Shown here: in pieces, positions 37,554 to 51,737 of the stretch
Position numbering within the stretch: position 1 is the stretch's first letter
How the letters are laid out: every line of letters begins with the position of its first letter
Source: Octopus sinensis
Taxonomy: Eukaryota
NCBI RefSeq assembly: GCF_006345805.1
Contig: NC_043008.1
Coordinates: forward strand, 31,558,001 to 31,622,000
Direction: 5' to 3'
DNA length: 64,000 bases
Made by a program: the position numbers and the translations under genes
The notes under the pieces: model-generated
The model's input: the letters and a program-made list of their open reading frames with translations, nothing else
Database searches by the model: none
Told to the model about the DNA's origin: nothing

Positions 37554-39361
37554 TATACTTATAAAAGGCCTTGGCACGTATATAAACTGTCACACATACA
37601 TAGCTCAACACTCACATGACAAGAGTGAATTATATATAAATATTGTAACTTCACATTTATTACGGAACTCATTTGTACAGATTCACATTTTCGCTTTATC
37701 TCTCTTTTACATTTCAAACAACCGGTGGTTTTGTTTGGGTTTTGTGCGTGTAAAACATTAGTTCTCAACCAGGGTTCATTCATGTGACCCCTGGTGGTCT
37801 ATATAAGGTCGGTGGTGGGGACACTAGCAAAATAGTAAATTGGGGATCCTCAGTAGTATTTTAAAGGTTCATGAAAATAACTTTGCTTTAGATGTATGTA
37901 TTGCTAGGCACAGCTAGTTTTCTTTTTAATGTTTTTGGCCACTGAAACAGGTTCTCTAAGTATGTGCTGTTGTAAACCTATACATGTGAAATTTGAAATT
38001 TTGAAAGAAGTATCTATAAAACCAGTTTTTAAACATTGAATGCCTATGAGTAGCCACCAGAATAAAATAGGGCGGAATTCTGCTTTAAGTACGCCATAGA
38101 ACCCCTCATAACTTATTTATTTTGGGGAATCTTCACGGAATTTTACCTGCGAATTTGTATTTTACACACCAAAATTCACACGACTATTTTAAAAATATTT
38201 TTCGAATTAAAATTTTTTTTAATTTTTCAAATTTTGTTTTTTTAAATCACAGGGTCAGTTCGAATTTTTGACTTAAATTTCAGCAATAGACCATTAAATG
38301 TGTTTTATGGGGAGAAAAATATTGAAAAACATCAATACGTCAGATTGACAAATAAACAAGAAGGGTATAAGGTAGTCCTGAGATGTGATAAAAATAACAC
38401 CTAAATAGAGCTTAAACCACGCACCAATTTTTTTTTATCAATAATCGTATGAATTTTCAAAGGGGTTCATAGATAAAAGATAGATGTTAAAAACTGTTGT
38501 AGAGTATCAACCAAGGATCAAATTATGATGGGAGAAGTGAAATTAATTCAATCTCAAAGCAGATATTAAATGTTTGCATGTTTGGTGCATATATCTTTTG
38601 GCAATCACAGTCATATTTTCTCAGCTGTTCGTTCGTTAGCTTTCGTGAAAAATTGTTGTATATTTAATTTTGGTTTCATGACACGATAATTTGTGTGTGT
38701 ATGTATTTATGTATGCACTTGTTTATAAAAAATAATGGTGTGTATATTTATGTATGTACGTGTATATGAAATCTAATGGGTGTACGTTTGTCTTTGTGTG
38801 CGTGTGTAAGTGAATACAAATACATAAAGCAGAACACGCTTGCACACACACTCACGCACGTACGCCCATTAGCTTTTATATACACGTTCATACATAAATA
38901 CACATATGTATCATAAATTTATCATCATACATTTTTAAACGTTATCGCAGCTACTACACCTTTTTATGTTTATCTGCCTTTGTTCGTCCTCTCTTCATAG
39001 CAAATTTTATGAAATAAAGTAGCTTGCTTACCAACCACACGGTTCCGGGTTCAGTTCCACTGCATGGCACCTTGTGCAAGTGTCTTCTAGTATAGCCTCA
39101 GACCGACCAAAGATTTTGAGTGGATTTGGAACACCGAAACTGAAAGAGGCCCGTCGTATATGGATATATATATATGTGTGTGTGTGTGTTTGTGTTTGTC
39201 CCCCTAACATCGCTTCATAACTGATGTTTGTGTGTTTACAGCAAAAGAGGCCGATAGAATAAGTACTAGGCTTACAAAGAATAAGTCATGGGGTCGATTC
39301 GTTCGACTAAAGGCGGTGCTCCAGCATGGCCGCCATCAAATGACTGAAACAAAGAATAAAA

Positions 39362-39402
<41 letters not shown>

Positions 39403-39443
39403 TATATGTGTGTGTGTGTGTGTGTGCAAATAAAATATATTTA

Positions 39444-40699
39444 CAGGGGTTGGACAAAATAATGGAAACACCTTAAAATTTCAAGCAAATTTATTTTAAC
39501 ATGGGGTGGGACCGCCTTTGGCAGTTATTATAACTTGAATTCTATGGGGTATGAACTCGTACAAAGTTTGAATTGTTTCCAAAGGAATTTTTGTCCATTC
39601 TTCAGCTAAAATAGTCTCCATTCTTCAGCTAAAATAGTCTCCAGTTCTTGTAGTGATGGTGGTGGAGGATATCGACTCCTTACTTGTTTTTCTAAAATGC
39701 ACCATAAATGTTCAATAATATTGAGATCTGGGGTGTGGTGTCACATAAGATGTTCAACTTCACTGGAATGTTCCTCATGCCATTCAGTAACAACTTTAGC
39801 TGTGTGAATTGGTGCATTATCATCCTGAAAGATTGCGTTTCCCTCTAGAATCAGTTCCGCAACCATAGGATGAATTTGATCAGATAAAATGCTTAAATAG
39901 TTTTGACTATTAATTCTGCCATGGGCTGGCGGATTTCCAGGATATAGCTCCCCAGAACATCACAGATCCTCCTCCATGTTTAACAGTTGGAAGAAGGCAT
40001 TCTGGGTCAAATGCTTCTTTTGGCTGTCTCCACACGTATACTTGGCCGGTGGTCGGAAATAAGGTAAAGGATGACTCGTCTGAGAAAATAACATTTTTCC
40101 ATGCTCTAGGGATCAATTCTGTAAGTTTTTACTCAACTCTAAACGCTTTGCAACGTTTGTTTTTGAAAGTAATGGTTTTCTTTTTGCACCCTTGCTGTGA
40201 AATCCAGATTTGTGCAGCTCCTGGCGAACAGTTTTTGTGGAAATTGGGTTCTCGAGGTAGTCATTAAGCTCTGCAGTAATTTTGGGAGCTGTACTTTTGT
40301 GATCCTTTCTAACAATTCGCGTAAGTGTCCGACGGTCCCTATCTGCAAGTTTTGTTTCGACGAGGATGTTTTTTCCTTCTCTCTCAAAGGCTGTACTTCC
40401 GAGACAGTACTTCTTGAAACACCAAACATATAAGCTGTTCTCGTTATACTAGCGCCAACGCTACGAGTACCGACAATTTGACATCTTTGAAAGTCCGATA
40501 GATCTGTTATTTTAATGAATTTTAATTACCTTTTTCTGATGATATCTGAAAAGAAACAGCTATTTTAGCAAAACATATTGAGCAACACTAGTAATAAATC
40601 ATATAACATAAAAATAAACAAGCTTTTGACGGTTTTATAGATATTTCAAAATTATGATACTATGATGCTAGGTGTTTCCATTGTTTTGTCCAACCCCTG
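39444..40699 (-). mobile_element. Full-length decayed Tc1 (DD34E) transposon
   Basis: 30-bp TIRs with 1 mismatch (caggggttggacaaaa[t/c]aatggaaacacct); left TA, right CA. Minus-strand transposase pieces VIFSDESSFTLF, TVKHGGGSVMFWG and FQDDNAPIH. Confidence 0.93.
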
Positions 40700-40701
40700 C
40701 A

Positions 40702-40821
40702 TATATGTATGTATGTATGTATGATGTATGTATGTATGTAATGTATGTATTTATGTATTAAATGTATGTATGTATGTATGTATGATGTATGTATGTATGT
40801 AATGTATGTATGTAATGTATG

Positions 40822-40852
<31 letters not shown>

Positions 40853-41058
40853 TGCATGCAATGTATATATGTAATGTATGTAATATATGTATGTATGCAT
40901 GTATTTAATGTATGTATGTATGTAATGTATGTAATGTATGTATGTATGTAATGTAAGTATGGATGTAATCTATGTAATGTATGTATGTATGTAATGTATG
41001 TATGTATGTATGTATGTATGTATGTATGTATGTATGTATGTATGTTATGTATGTAATG

Positions 41059-41089
<31 letters not shown>

Positions 41090-41350
41090 TGTATGTAATG
41101 TATGTATGTATGTATGTAATGTATGTATGTATGTATGTAATGTATGTATGTATGTATGTAATGTATATATGTATGTATGTAATGTATGTATGTGTGTATG
41201 TATGTATGTCTGTCTGTATGTATGTAATGTATGTAATGTGTGTAACGTATGTATGTATGTAATGTATGTATGTATGTATATATGTATGTATGTATGTAAT
41301 GTATGCATGTATGTATGTATGTAATGTATGTATGTATGTATGTATGTATG

Positions 41351-41381
<31 letters not shown>

Positions 41382-41821
41382 TGTATGTATGTAATATATG
41401 TATGTAATGTATGTATGTATGTAATGTATGTATGTATGTAATGTACGTATGTATGTAATGTATGCATGTATGTAATGTGTGTGTATGTATGTATGTATGT
41501 ATGTAATGTATGTATGTATGTATGTCCGTATGTATGTATGTATGTAATGTATGTATGTATGTATGTATGTAATGTATGTAATGTATGTATGTATGTATGT
41601 AATGTATGTATGTATGTATGTAATGTATGCATGTATGTATGTATGCATGTATTATGTTTGTATGTATGTATGTATGTATGTATGTCTGTATGTCTGTATG
41701 TATGTAATGTATGTATGTATGTATGTAATGTATGTATGTATGTAATGTATGTATGTATGTATGTAATGTATGTAATGTATGTATGTATGTATGAATGTAT
41801 GTATGTATGTGTATATGTATG
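40702..41821. repeat. ~1.1-kb compound (TATG)n/TAATG microsatellite
   Basis: TATG units interrupted recurrently by TAATG; abuts the Tc1 TIR. Confidence 0.97.
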
Positions 41822-41977
41822 TTAGTTACAGAGTTGAACTTATAAGCCATTTGAGTACACACAAGAATACGTTAGATTCATTTCAACATTTAAATTTAAT
41901 TTGTGTCAGAGTATTTTAGTCGCTTTGAAACCCCGACCTGTTCACTGATAAAACTTCGTGCACACACACACACACAC

Positions 41978-42023
<46 letters not shown>

Positions 42024-42027
42024 CACA

Positions 42028-42478
42028 CGAGTTCTGATCAGTAAGTAACCGAACTTGTGCTATAAAAACAAAACTATAACACGTACGCATTTGACATTTA
42101 ATCTGCTTCCACATACTTAATCGCGCACTGTTTCCATTGATGGAAGTATTTCTGGAACTTGTTTTCGGGGATAATCAGCAGCTCCCTCGTTGCATTCACT
42201 TTGCTTTCTTCGACGTCCAGAAATCTTCCTTTGAAGCGTGATTTGATTTTTATAGTGTCGCAACGAACGAGATCTAGGGAATACGGTGGCTATCGGACCT
42301 GGGAAAAGCTGTGCCTAGCCAAAAACCCGCTGCATAAACTGCGCTGAATGGGCACGTGCGTTGTCAGCTCAAAGCAGTTTTGGCAGAAACTTAGCAGACA
42401 CAGTTCAATTGGCTTCACTGCGTGCTTTAGCTTCGTTACTCAGGCAACAGTCCGGATACTTATTGATCAGTCCACGTA
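42028..42478. mobile_element. Mariner-derived non-autonomous element
   Basis: Imperfect TIRs cgagttctgatcagtaagtaaccgaact / agtccggatacttattgatcagtccacg|TA. Confidence 0.7.
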
Positions 42479-44254
42479 TATATATGAAAGAATCAGGTAT
42501 TCAAATAGTAAACGGTAGAATCGGAAAGATAGCGCACCTGTGTACCAACAACGTGTACGGACATATACGTACGTACCAAAGTAAATACAGGTTTGTCCTT
42601 CCAGTTTTGCCTACATTCACAAGTACTGAAAAAGTACACAACGTGCCATCAAAGGCACCCAGGGGTACATTAACTACACGTATTCCATAGTCGAATAGAC
42701 TCGAAATCCACACGTATGGAAGGTTCCGAGTTAGGTGAAAAATAAACAATAACACAGACGGGTTGCGGTTCACTACAGCTGTTCCAGGCGTGTTCTTTAT
42801 TGATGAATAGGCGTGTCACATCATACGACCTCAACTGACCCGGTTACGGTTGTAAGACGATCCACGGTTGATTGGGTCGTCTTACACTATGTTCTATTTT
42901 GAAAAGTTCTAATTTTTTAATTTTCTCACAGATGCCGTGTACCAGAACCCATCTGTGTTATTGTGTTTGTGTGTGTGTGTATACGAGCAAAACGCCCCCC
43001 CCCCGTCAAATGGACGGTGCTGAATCATATCTGCTAAATAAAAAGCAATCAGTGTTTTCTTTTCATTAAAAAATAATTAAGCAAGCCTTTATTTCAATAA
43101 CATTTTTGGTTTTGTTAAACGAAGTTAAGGTAAAAAAAAAAAGAACTTGAGAAACCAAATAGTCTTTCCTTCTTTTATGCCAAGTTTGAAGAAAATATCT
43201 CTTTTGCATCTTACATTTTTGGTCTCTTAAATATACTACATTTTCTCTTTATTCACCCGAAGAAATCGTTTTTTTTCGCATGATGTAACACTTTTGTACT
43301 GTAATAAAGGACACGTGTGAAACAGATGTAGTGTACCAGAACCCATCAGTGTTATTGTGTTTGTGTGTGTGTGTATTCAGTTATATTAAAAGCAAGTTCA
43401 CCTTAATCTGATGGGTTGCTCTATACTTTTGTTGAGTACAAATTTATAATTCTTATACAAGAATGTTGTTGACAGTGACTTCGAAGTTTCGCTGTCAACA
43501 ACATTCTTGTATAAGAATATATGTATGTAAGTATGTATGAATGAATGAATGAATGTATGATGTTCCACTTTTTCCCATCAGTATTCAGTTTTAACTTCAG
43601 AAATTATTTTCAGATTTATGCTTTAGACATCTGAAATTATGATTCTTTGAAAACATACGTAACTTTTTAAAACATAAATCTGGAAAAATCTTCGAAAAGA
43701 AGTTAAAACTGCAAAATTATGAGCAGATTTTCTGAATATTCAGAGGAGTGAAGACCCGTTTTGGTTCTTTAAACATAAACAATTACGACTTTTCGCCGTC
43801 CTAGACAAACTCTGACTCTATTCTATACGAACACCCAGTAAGTGTGCATGTTTGTGATTGTCTTGGGAACCAGTGTGTGCTTCTTAACATCCTCCGTAAC
43901 GTAGCGATTCGGCAAGAACGCTTCAACAGAATGAGTTTCTAGAGTTTAAAATTAAGTACCGTGGCGGAGTCGATTTGATTCACTAAACACTTTAAGGTGA
44001 TGCTCCAGCACATCAACAATCCAGTGACTAACAAAATATATATATAGAGAGAGAGAGAAAGTGGGCCAAAATCACACACCAAAGCATTTCACATTTAATT
44101 TATATTACGTTGTTCTTGAGGTCAACTTCGCCTTTCATCCTTTCGGGCTTGATAAAATAAGTACCAGTTGAACACTGGGATTGATGTAATCAACTTATCT
44201 CTTCCCCTGAACTTGCAGATCTTGTGCCAAAATTTGAAACCATTATTATTATTA

Positions 44255-44750
<496 letters not shown>

Positions 44751-45505
44751 TATTATTATTATTATTATTCATTTTGGTCATGTGCAAGTACGAGTGTATT
44801 CTATATAATTTTATTTATTTTAGTGTATTTTAGAAAAATTGAAACATGCCTTTGACAAATGTGAAATGTGTCTTAATTTTGCTGCGTGGCTTTTGGTCCA
44901 CCCTGTACTGTAAACCTTGCAAAGTGCATTAATAATTACACGAAGCAAGGGTGAACTGATAACCTGCAGATTTTGAAACAGTTAACTGTAAATATCACTG
45001 AACTTTGAAAGCATGTTCCCTCGCTTTTTTACTTTCATTTTTAATATTCTATAAAAACGCTTTTCTATATGACACGATAATTAAACCTTTAATATTTACA
45101 TTACTCTATGAAATGTAATATTTATTCACATTGTTTAGAATGGATCGTACATTATCAGGTAGCTTTCAGATTTCAATGATGTAACTGTTTAATTTGAGAA
45201 TGACATAGGGTTCGTGTGAGAGGCCAGATCTGGCCAGTTGGAACATTAAACAAGTAAAATATTTTGGACAGATATGAACTGTTTAAATGCTACAAAGTTA
45301 AACGAATGTATTAAATTACTGATGGTCACTAGTACTGCTAAAAATAACCATGGACATATTGCTTTTGTTTATTCCTTTTTTTTAACCCCAAAACTAGTGT
45401 ATTTGTGCAGATAGTGACCTTCAATGAATCACGAACAAGAGAATAATGAACCTTTCCAAAGAAACGTAATATTCACTAAGAAAATCTGCAGACAACAACA
45501 AATAT

Positions 45506-45922
45506 ATATTTCTTTACTGCCCACAAAGGGCTAAAACATAGAGGGGACAAACAAGGACAGACAAAGGGATTAAGTCGATTATATCGACCCTAGTGTGTGA
45601 CTGGTACTTAATTTATCGAACCCGAAAGGATGAAAGGCAAGGTCGACCTCGGCGGAATTTGAACCCAGAACGTAACGGCGGACGAAATACCTATTTCTTT
45701 ATTACCTACAAGGGGCTAAACATAGAGGGGACAAACAAGGACAGACATAGGTATTAAGTCGATTACATCGACCCCAGTGCGTAACTGGTACTTATTTAAC
45801 CGACCCCAAAAGGATGAAAGGCAAAGTCGACCTCGGTGGAATTTGAATTCAGAACGTAACGGCGGACGAAATACCGCTAAGCATTTCGTCCGGCGCACTA
45901 ACGTTTCTGCCAACTCGCCGCC
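45506..45922 (-). mobile_element. Family B SINE head-to-tail dimer with one TSD pair
   Basis: Two tandem units joined at gacgaaatacc|tatttcttt (45691); the whole structure is flanked by agaca[a/g]caacaaatat. Confidence 0.88.
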
Positions 45923-46612
45923 TTAGACAGCAACAAATATAATCGAAATAATTCCTATAAAATTGTACTTAACGTCGTTTTTTTTTCAAGAGGGGGGGGG
46001 GTATTATTTTCCAGACAAAAAAATGTGGATCGGTTACCTTTCACTTCAAGACATCTTCAGTGTCAATATTTCTCGACAGGTGGGCAAAATGCTTAGAGGC
46101 ATTTCGCCCGTCTCTACGTTTTGAGTTCCAATTCCACCGGAGTTGATTTTGCTTTCGTCCTTTCGAGGTTTATAGGATAAGGACCAGTTCAACACTTGGA
46201 TCGAAGTAATCAACTTACTCCCTCCCCGAACTTGCTGGCCTTGTGCCTAAATTTGAAACCAATATTTCTCAACAAAATTCTCCGCACTCCAGGAAAGAAA
46301 TTTTCAATTAATCAGAACACGCAGAAGGAAAGAAAAAGAAACAAATAGAAACACATGTGCCGTTTTAGAAGATATGTTGCAACAAAATATTTCTATGGTA
46401 AAGAGAGGGTAATAGGAGAGTATTTGGTTCATTATACTTTCTTTCAATTATAAATATTTTTTTCTACAATTCAAACAAGTGAAAATGTCCTTTTATAGAT
46501 ATTGCTTTCTAAATCCCAAGTACAATTTGTAAATCCGAGGTAGAACACCTTGACAGAGTGTATTAGAAAAAGCAGTGATTTATCAACAATTTGATGACAC
46601 ATTTTCATTCTT

Positions 46613-46703
<91 letters not shown>

Positions 46704-47119
46704 ATATCGGTGAAACCTTATTGTTAACGGCGGTGCATCAGCATGGCCGCAGCTCTGAGCTGAAACTAGAGAGAATATATATATGTATATATATATATCA
46801 AAGAAACATAAAATAGACTAAGCAGAACAAAAGGAGACACATCAAGAGTCGTTGAAGAGGTCACAGGATGTGTGACGAAAGAGCTTTAACAAAGAAACTA
46901 AAATAGTAATAAAGCTGAAGTAAAGATCGAACATGTAATGTGTGTGTGTGTTTAATTTGAAAAACATGATCAACCCCAAGTAAAAAATATGTTTCATCAC
47001 ACGGTTTCACATCAATATATCGCTTTGAGTCAACCTAACCCCATGAGAGGGAAATTGCTTAAAGAGAAATTGCTTGGAAATCTGTCAGATGGAATGTATC
47101 TGAAATTCAAAAGTAAAGC

Positions 47120-47164
<45 letters not shown>

Positions 47165-47781
47165 ACGCCTTCCCTGTTTATTTTGGTTCTGCTATAGGTG
47201 TTCAAATCCTATCTTTGTCACCGATAAAGACAGAACAAAAAGAAAAAGGTAAAAAAACCCGTGTTGGAACATTCATTGTTTTAAGGAGTTTTTATTCAGG
47301 GCCTCGTGCATGGTTGTATGAGGTAAGAAGTTTGCGTTGCAACTACATGGTTTTAGGTTCAGTCCTACTGCGTGGCACCTTGAGGAAGCATCTTCTAACA
47401 GAACCCCAGACTGAACAAAGCCTTGAGAATTTAGATAGAGACTGAAAGAATTTATCACCCGGGTGTGTGTCCTTTATAATCAAATACTTACGATGTGTTG
47501 ATAGAGAAAGAGAGAGAACGGAGAGAGACACTTAATGAGAAAGTACTCTAACTGTTGAATGAAGGATACATACACCGTACCGGGATCCCACGAAAAGTCC
47601 TCTCATGGGAGTGCGTCCTACAAGAAATAACAGCCAAATTCTCTCAAATCAATAAAATGATGCATTAGATGTTATCCAGAGCACAGAATGCCTGAAGGTA
47701 AAATGAGATGGTAACGGTTGGAACGCTTTTGTTGAAATTGATTTAGGACTTCTCAACCAGACCTGGTGCTAAATAACACCA

Positions 47782-47825
<44 letters not shown>

Positions 47826-47933
47826 AATTTTTGCTTTCGTGGCTCTTTCTATGACACATGTGGATGCAAATGTCATACTAATTCATAACAGTTTAATAAC
47901 CGGAAGCTGGAACACGACTTAAAAATATGAATG

Positions 47934-47981
<48 letters not shown>

Positions 47982-48655
47982 CTTTCTATCTCTTCCTTAT
48001 CCCCTTTTTGACATTGTATCTTCTTGTTTTCCTTTCTCTCTCCCTCTCCTCCTCTCTCTTTCTCTTCCTCTCTACTTCACAGTGTGCAGTAATCACTTCA
48101 TTTACCAAGGTTGAAGGACGATATTATTTTTGGTACTGTAGTGTAACATTTATTCTGAAAATTGTTATGATTTTCTCCCCTGCAATAACATTTTGATGCT
48201 GGTCACAAATAATGAATACAAAACAACGCATTCACAGGCTCCACATATACCACACCTACTCAGGGGACTCCTTACACAACGAAACAAAACAACATCAATG
48301 AAAAAAGAACCTCACTGGATGGAAGATCTGAAGGGCAAGCTACGTATATGGGACATGTATAACTACGAGAAGACGTCGGGACTAGAACCCACATGTAATG
48401 AGTACTATACTAGGTTCCCCTTGAGGAATTAATCTTCTACATTAGCATACATGTTCAGTCAGTTCTTGTAATGCATCCCAGATACATTTATACATTCCCA
48501 GAACCATGCTACTCAAGACGAAGTGCTGTGCGGTTAAGCGCTTGCTTTTCGAACATGTGATCTTAGGCTCGTTCCCGCTAAACGTCACCTTGGGCAAATG
48601 TCTTTTACTGTAACCCCGGATCGGCCAATGCCTTGTGAGTGAATTTGGTAGACGG

Positions 48656-48702
<47 letters not shown>

Positions 48703-48834
48703 TAAAAAATACAAACTGGGACAAGAACGCAAAACATTTAGAAGACGATACAATAAACACGGACGGGACATTCGAAGCCTTCAATCTTCAGTCAAGAACC
48801 GGATCATCCTCGCAATTTTGGCTGTGTGTGCGTG

Positions 48835-48865
<31 letters not shown>

Positions 48866-49442
48866 GCACGCACAGACATATAATATACATATATATATAA
48901 CTATATACACACACACACATATATATATATATATTATGAATACACACTCATACACACCTACGCACACGCACACGCACACACATACACACACACGCACGCA
49001 TGTGCACACATACACACGCACACGCACACACATACACACACACATACATTTGTCCATATTTATGCCTGTTTGTATGTGTCTGTTTCTGGTTGGTTGCTCC
49101 TCATCATCGATTGACAACTCGTGTTGGTTTCTTTACGCCCTTGTAACTTTGCAGTTTCTGTACTGGGATGGATTTTCGATTAATCCCTTGAAGGCCCAGC
49201 ATGACCACAGTCCGGTGACTGTAACAAGTAACGGTAAAAGAAATACGGACAGCAATCATCAAAAAGTCTATTTTGTATCACTGAATATTGATTTTTAAAA
49301 TCTTTCAGCCGTCAAGAAGAAGAGTAGTTTCATATGATGGTGGAGGTGGTAGTTGTAGATTAAAACCCAAGGCCTAGCATTCCAGAAATGATCACCCAGT
49401 CTTATTTTTAGATAATACATCCAAGTTCATTATTTGCGTATT

Positions 49443-50005
49443 TAGTAAAGTTTATTTGCCAACGGAATGTGGCAGTCCTATAAAGGACGATGCTACTGTT
49501 GTTTAAGACCCAGAAAAACATCATTTCCAGCTGGCTATCGACACACAATCTGTGTCCGTATAGTATTTGCAATGGAGGTCATCGCTCCCATCTCCTTTAT
49601 AGGACCGCTACGTTCTGTTGGCAAATAAACTTCACTATTTGGTACTGTTACTGTATATCCCTCGCTGAGAGATTTAAAACAAGTTATTTTTCTCTCAGCA
49701 ACTGATCAGCAATTGTATGTCGCTTAAAGAATTTTTTAGTGTTTGCGAGTGAAGAAAGCTTTCATCACCAGCCAGTAATTGTCTCTACCGAGGACGGGTC
49801 TGTGAGTATCACATGGTTTGTGAGTATCATGGTCTGAGAGTATCAAGTCAGGCTGTAGGTGGGAGCGATGACTTCCCTTGCAAACACTATACGGACACAG
49901 ACTGTGTCGATAGCCAGCTGGAAAAGATGTTTTCCTAGGACTTAAACAACAGCAAAATGGTCCTTTATTGGACCGCCACATTCTGTTGGCAAATAAACTT
50001 TACTA
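49443..50005. repeat. Foldback element with ~145-bp imperfect inverted arms
   Basis: tagtaaagtttatttgccaac...gctccca (49443-49590) is inverted at 49860-50005; an extra direct copy of the right terminus plus flank lies at ~49593-49700. Confidence 0.85.
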
Positions 50006-50856
50006 TTTGGTTCTGTTATTGTATATCTCTTGCTGATAGATTTAAATTCAAGTTGTTTTTCTCTATATTTGTGTATTTCCTTTTCAAAATCGTCAAGATG
50101 TGGCCTGAGGGGAAATTTGGCTGCTTTTGCTAGCTTGGAGGTTTATTCGTTAGTTCAATCGTCGTCGTCGTTGTCGTCATAGTAGTAGTAGTAGTAGTAG
50201 TAGTAGTATTTGCTGATGCTGATGATGATGCGACTACTGCAGATGTTATTGTTGTTTAGTTTCACGTCGTTCTTCTTCTAAATGTGCAGGCGTATAATCA
50301 AAGGCGCTACATCCGTGACTGCCATCACATCTTTTATTCACATTATCTAATGTGTTCTCCCCCACCCCCATGCAACGCGATGCGAAGAAGATTTGATTAT
50401 TACATCTCGCACCCAGGACTATTATCTATTGTTTTCTTTTCTCCAAATAACGTAGGTAAAAAGGTGCAGCCCGCTACGGGAGTCACTGATATGGGGGAGG
50501 CACTAGGGAGTCTGCTGTATAAGCCTTACATAGGCTGGGTGGCTCGGAAGGCGGGAAACTCAAGGGCTGCCCAGGGCGTCACACGCCCTTGCTACGCCAC
50601 TGCTTTCACCTATGTAGCGTAACAGGAAGCGGTTCTGGCTTCTATGTCTAGCAGGTCAGGCAAGTACATAGAAGCTCACTCTGCTTGTTGGAATTAGAGA
50701 GTTAATATACATTCGGTTACATTATTCGCGTCACGTGGGTTTAATTTCGGTCGTTGGTGTATTCATTAAAAAATGTAAAACACGAGGAATTCAAGACTTG
50801 GAATAACAAACCAAAATATGAATTCTGTATATAATTCTCTGTGTGTGTATATATAT

Positions 50857-50891
<35 letters not shown>

Positions 50892-51149
50892 CATGTGTTC
50901 CAGTTTCAGGCCTATCAGGCGTCAGCCTTGTTAAAGGGGTTATTTGTCTATAAAATTAAGCTACTAAGAGTTGCTTTTTGACACACCCTTCTCTAATGGT
51001 ACCAGACATTTAACCATTTCTGTTTGATACAGTTTTTTTTTAAAGGAATATATATATATATATATAAATCTTTTTCTTTCCTTTACAAGCTTGTTTTTGT
51101 GTTGCTGCTGCTAATTATGTGCACGCACGCACATGCACACACACACACA

Positions 51150-51217
<68 letters not shown>

Positions 51218-51252
51218 GCACAATTATATGTCTATCGATGTTATGTATGAAT

Positions 51253-51287
<35 letters not shown>

Positions 51288-51668
51288 AAAGTCCGTCGTA
51301 TGCATATATATATATGTGTATATATTTATGTGTATCTGTGTTCGTCCTCCACCATCGATAGAATAAATAACGGGCTTTAAAAAGTTACTCGCGTAGATTC
51401 ATTCAACATGGTCGCAGTCAGATGACTGAAACAAATACAAAATAAAAGAATATGAAAGACAGTCATAGTTGGAACACCTTTGGTTATCAGTATGCGCGGG
51501 TGTTCCTATGTGCGTATGAGTGTTCGTGTGCATATACAAGTCCTTGTGTTTGTTCCCTACTGCTAGACAATTGTGTTGGTTTGTTTATGTCCCCATAAGC
51601 TAGTAGTTTGGCAAAAGACATTAATAGAATAGGTACCAGAATAGATATACATTTGCATGTGTGTATTC

Positions 51669-51737
<69 letters not shown>

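Noticed and set aside
40660-41862. 400-aa ORF and overlapping ORFs (HTYI/MYVC repeats)
   Set aside because: Translation of the (TATG)n array; not a gene.
48760-48825. Hammerhead-like CTGAAGA...CGAA on the minus strand (also 2589-2615 on plus)
   Set aside because: GAAA box and stems are too degraded to call.
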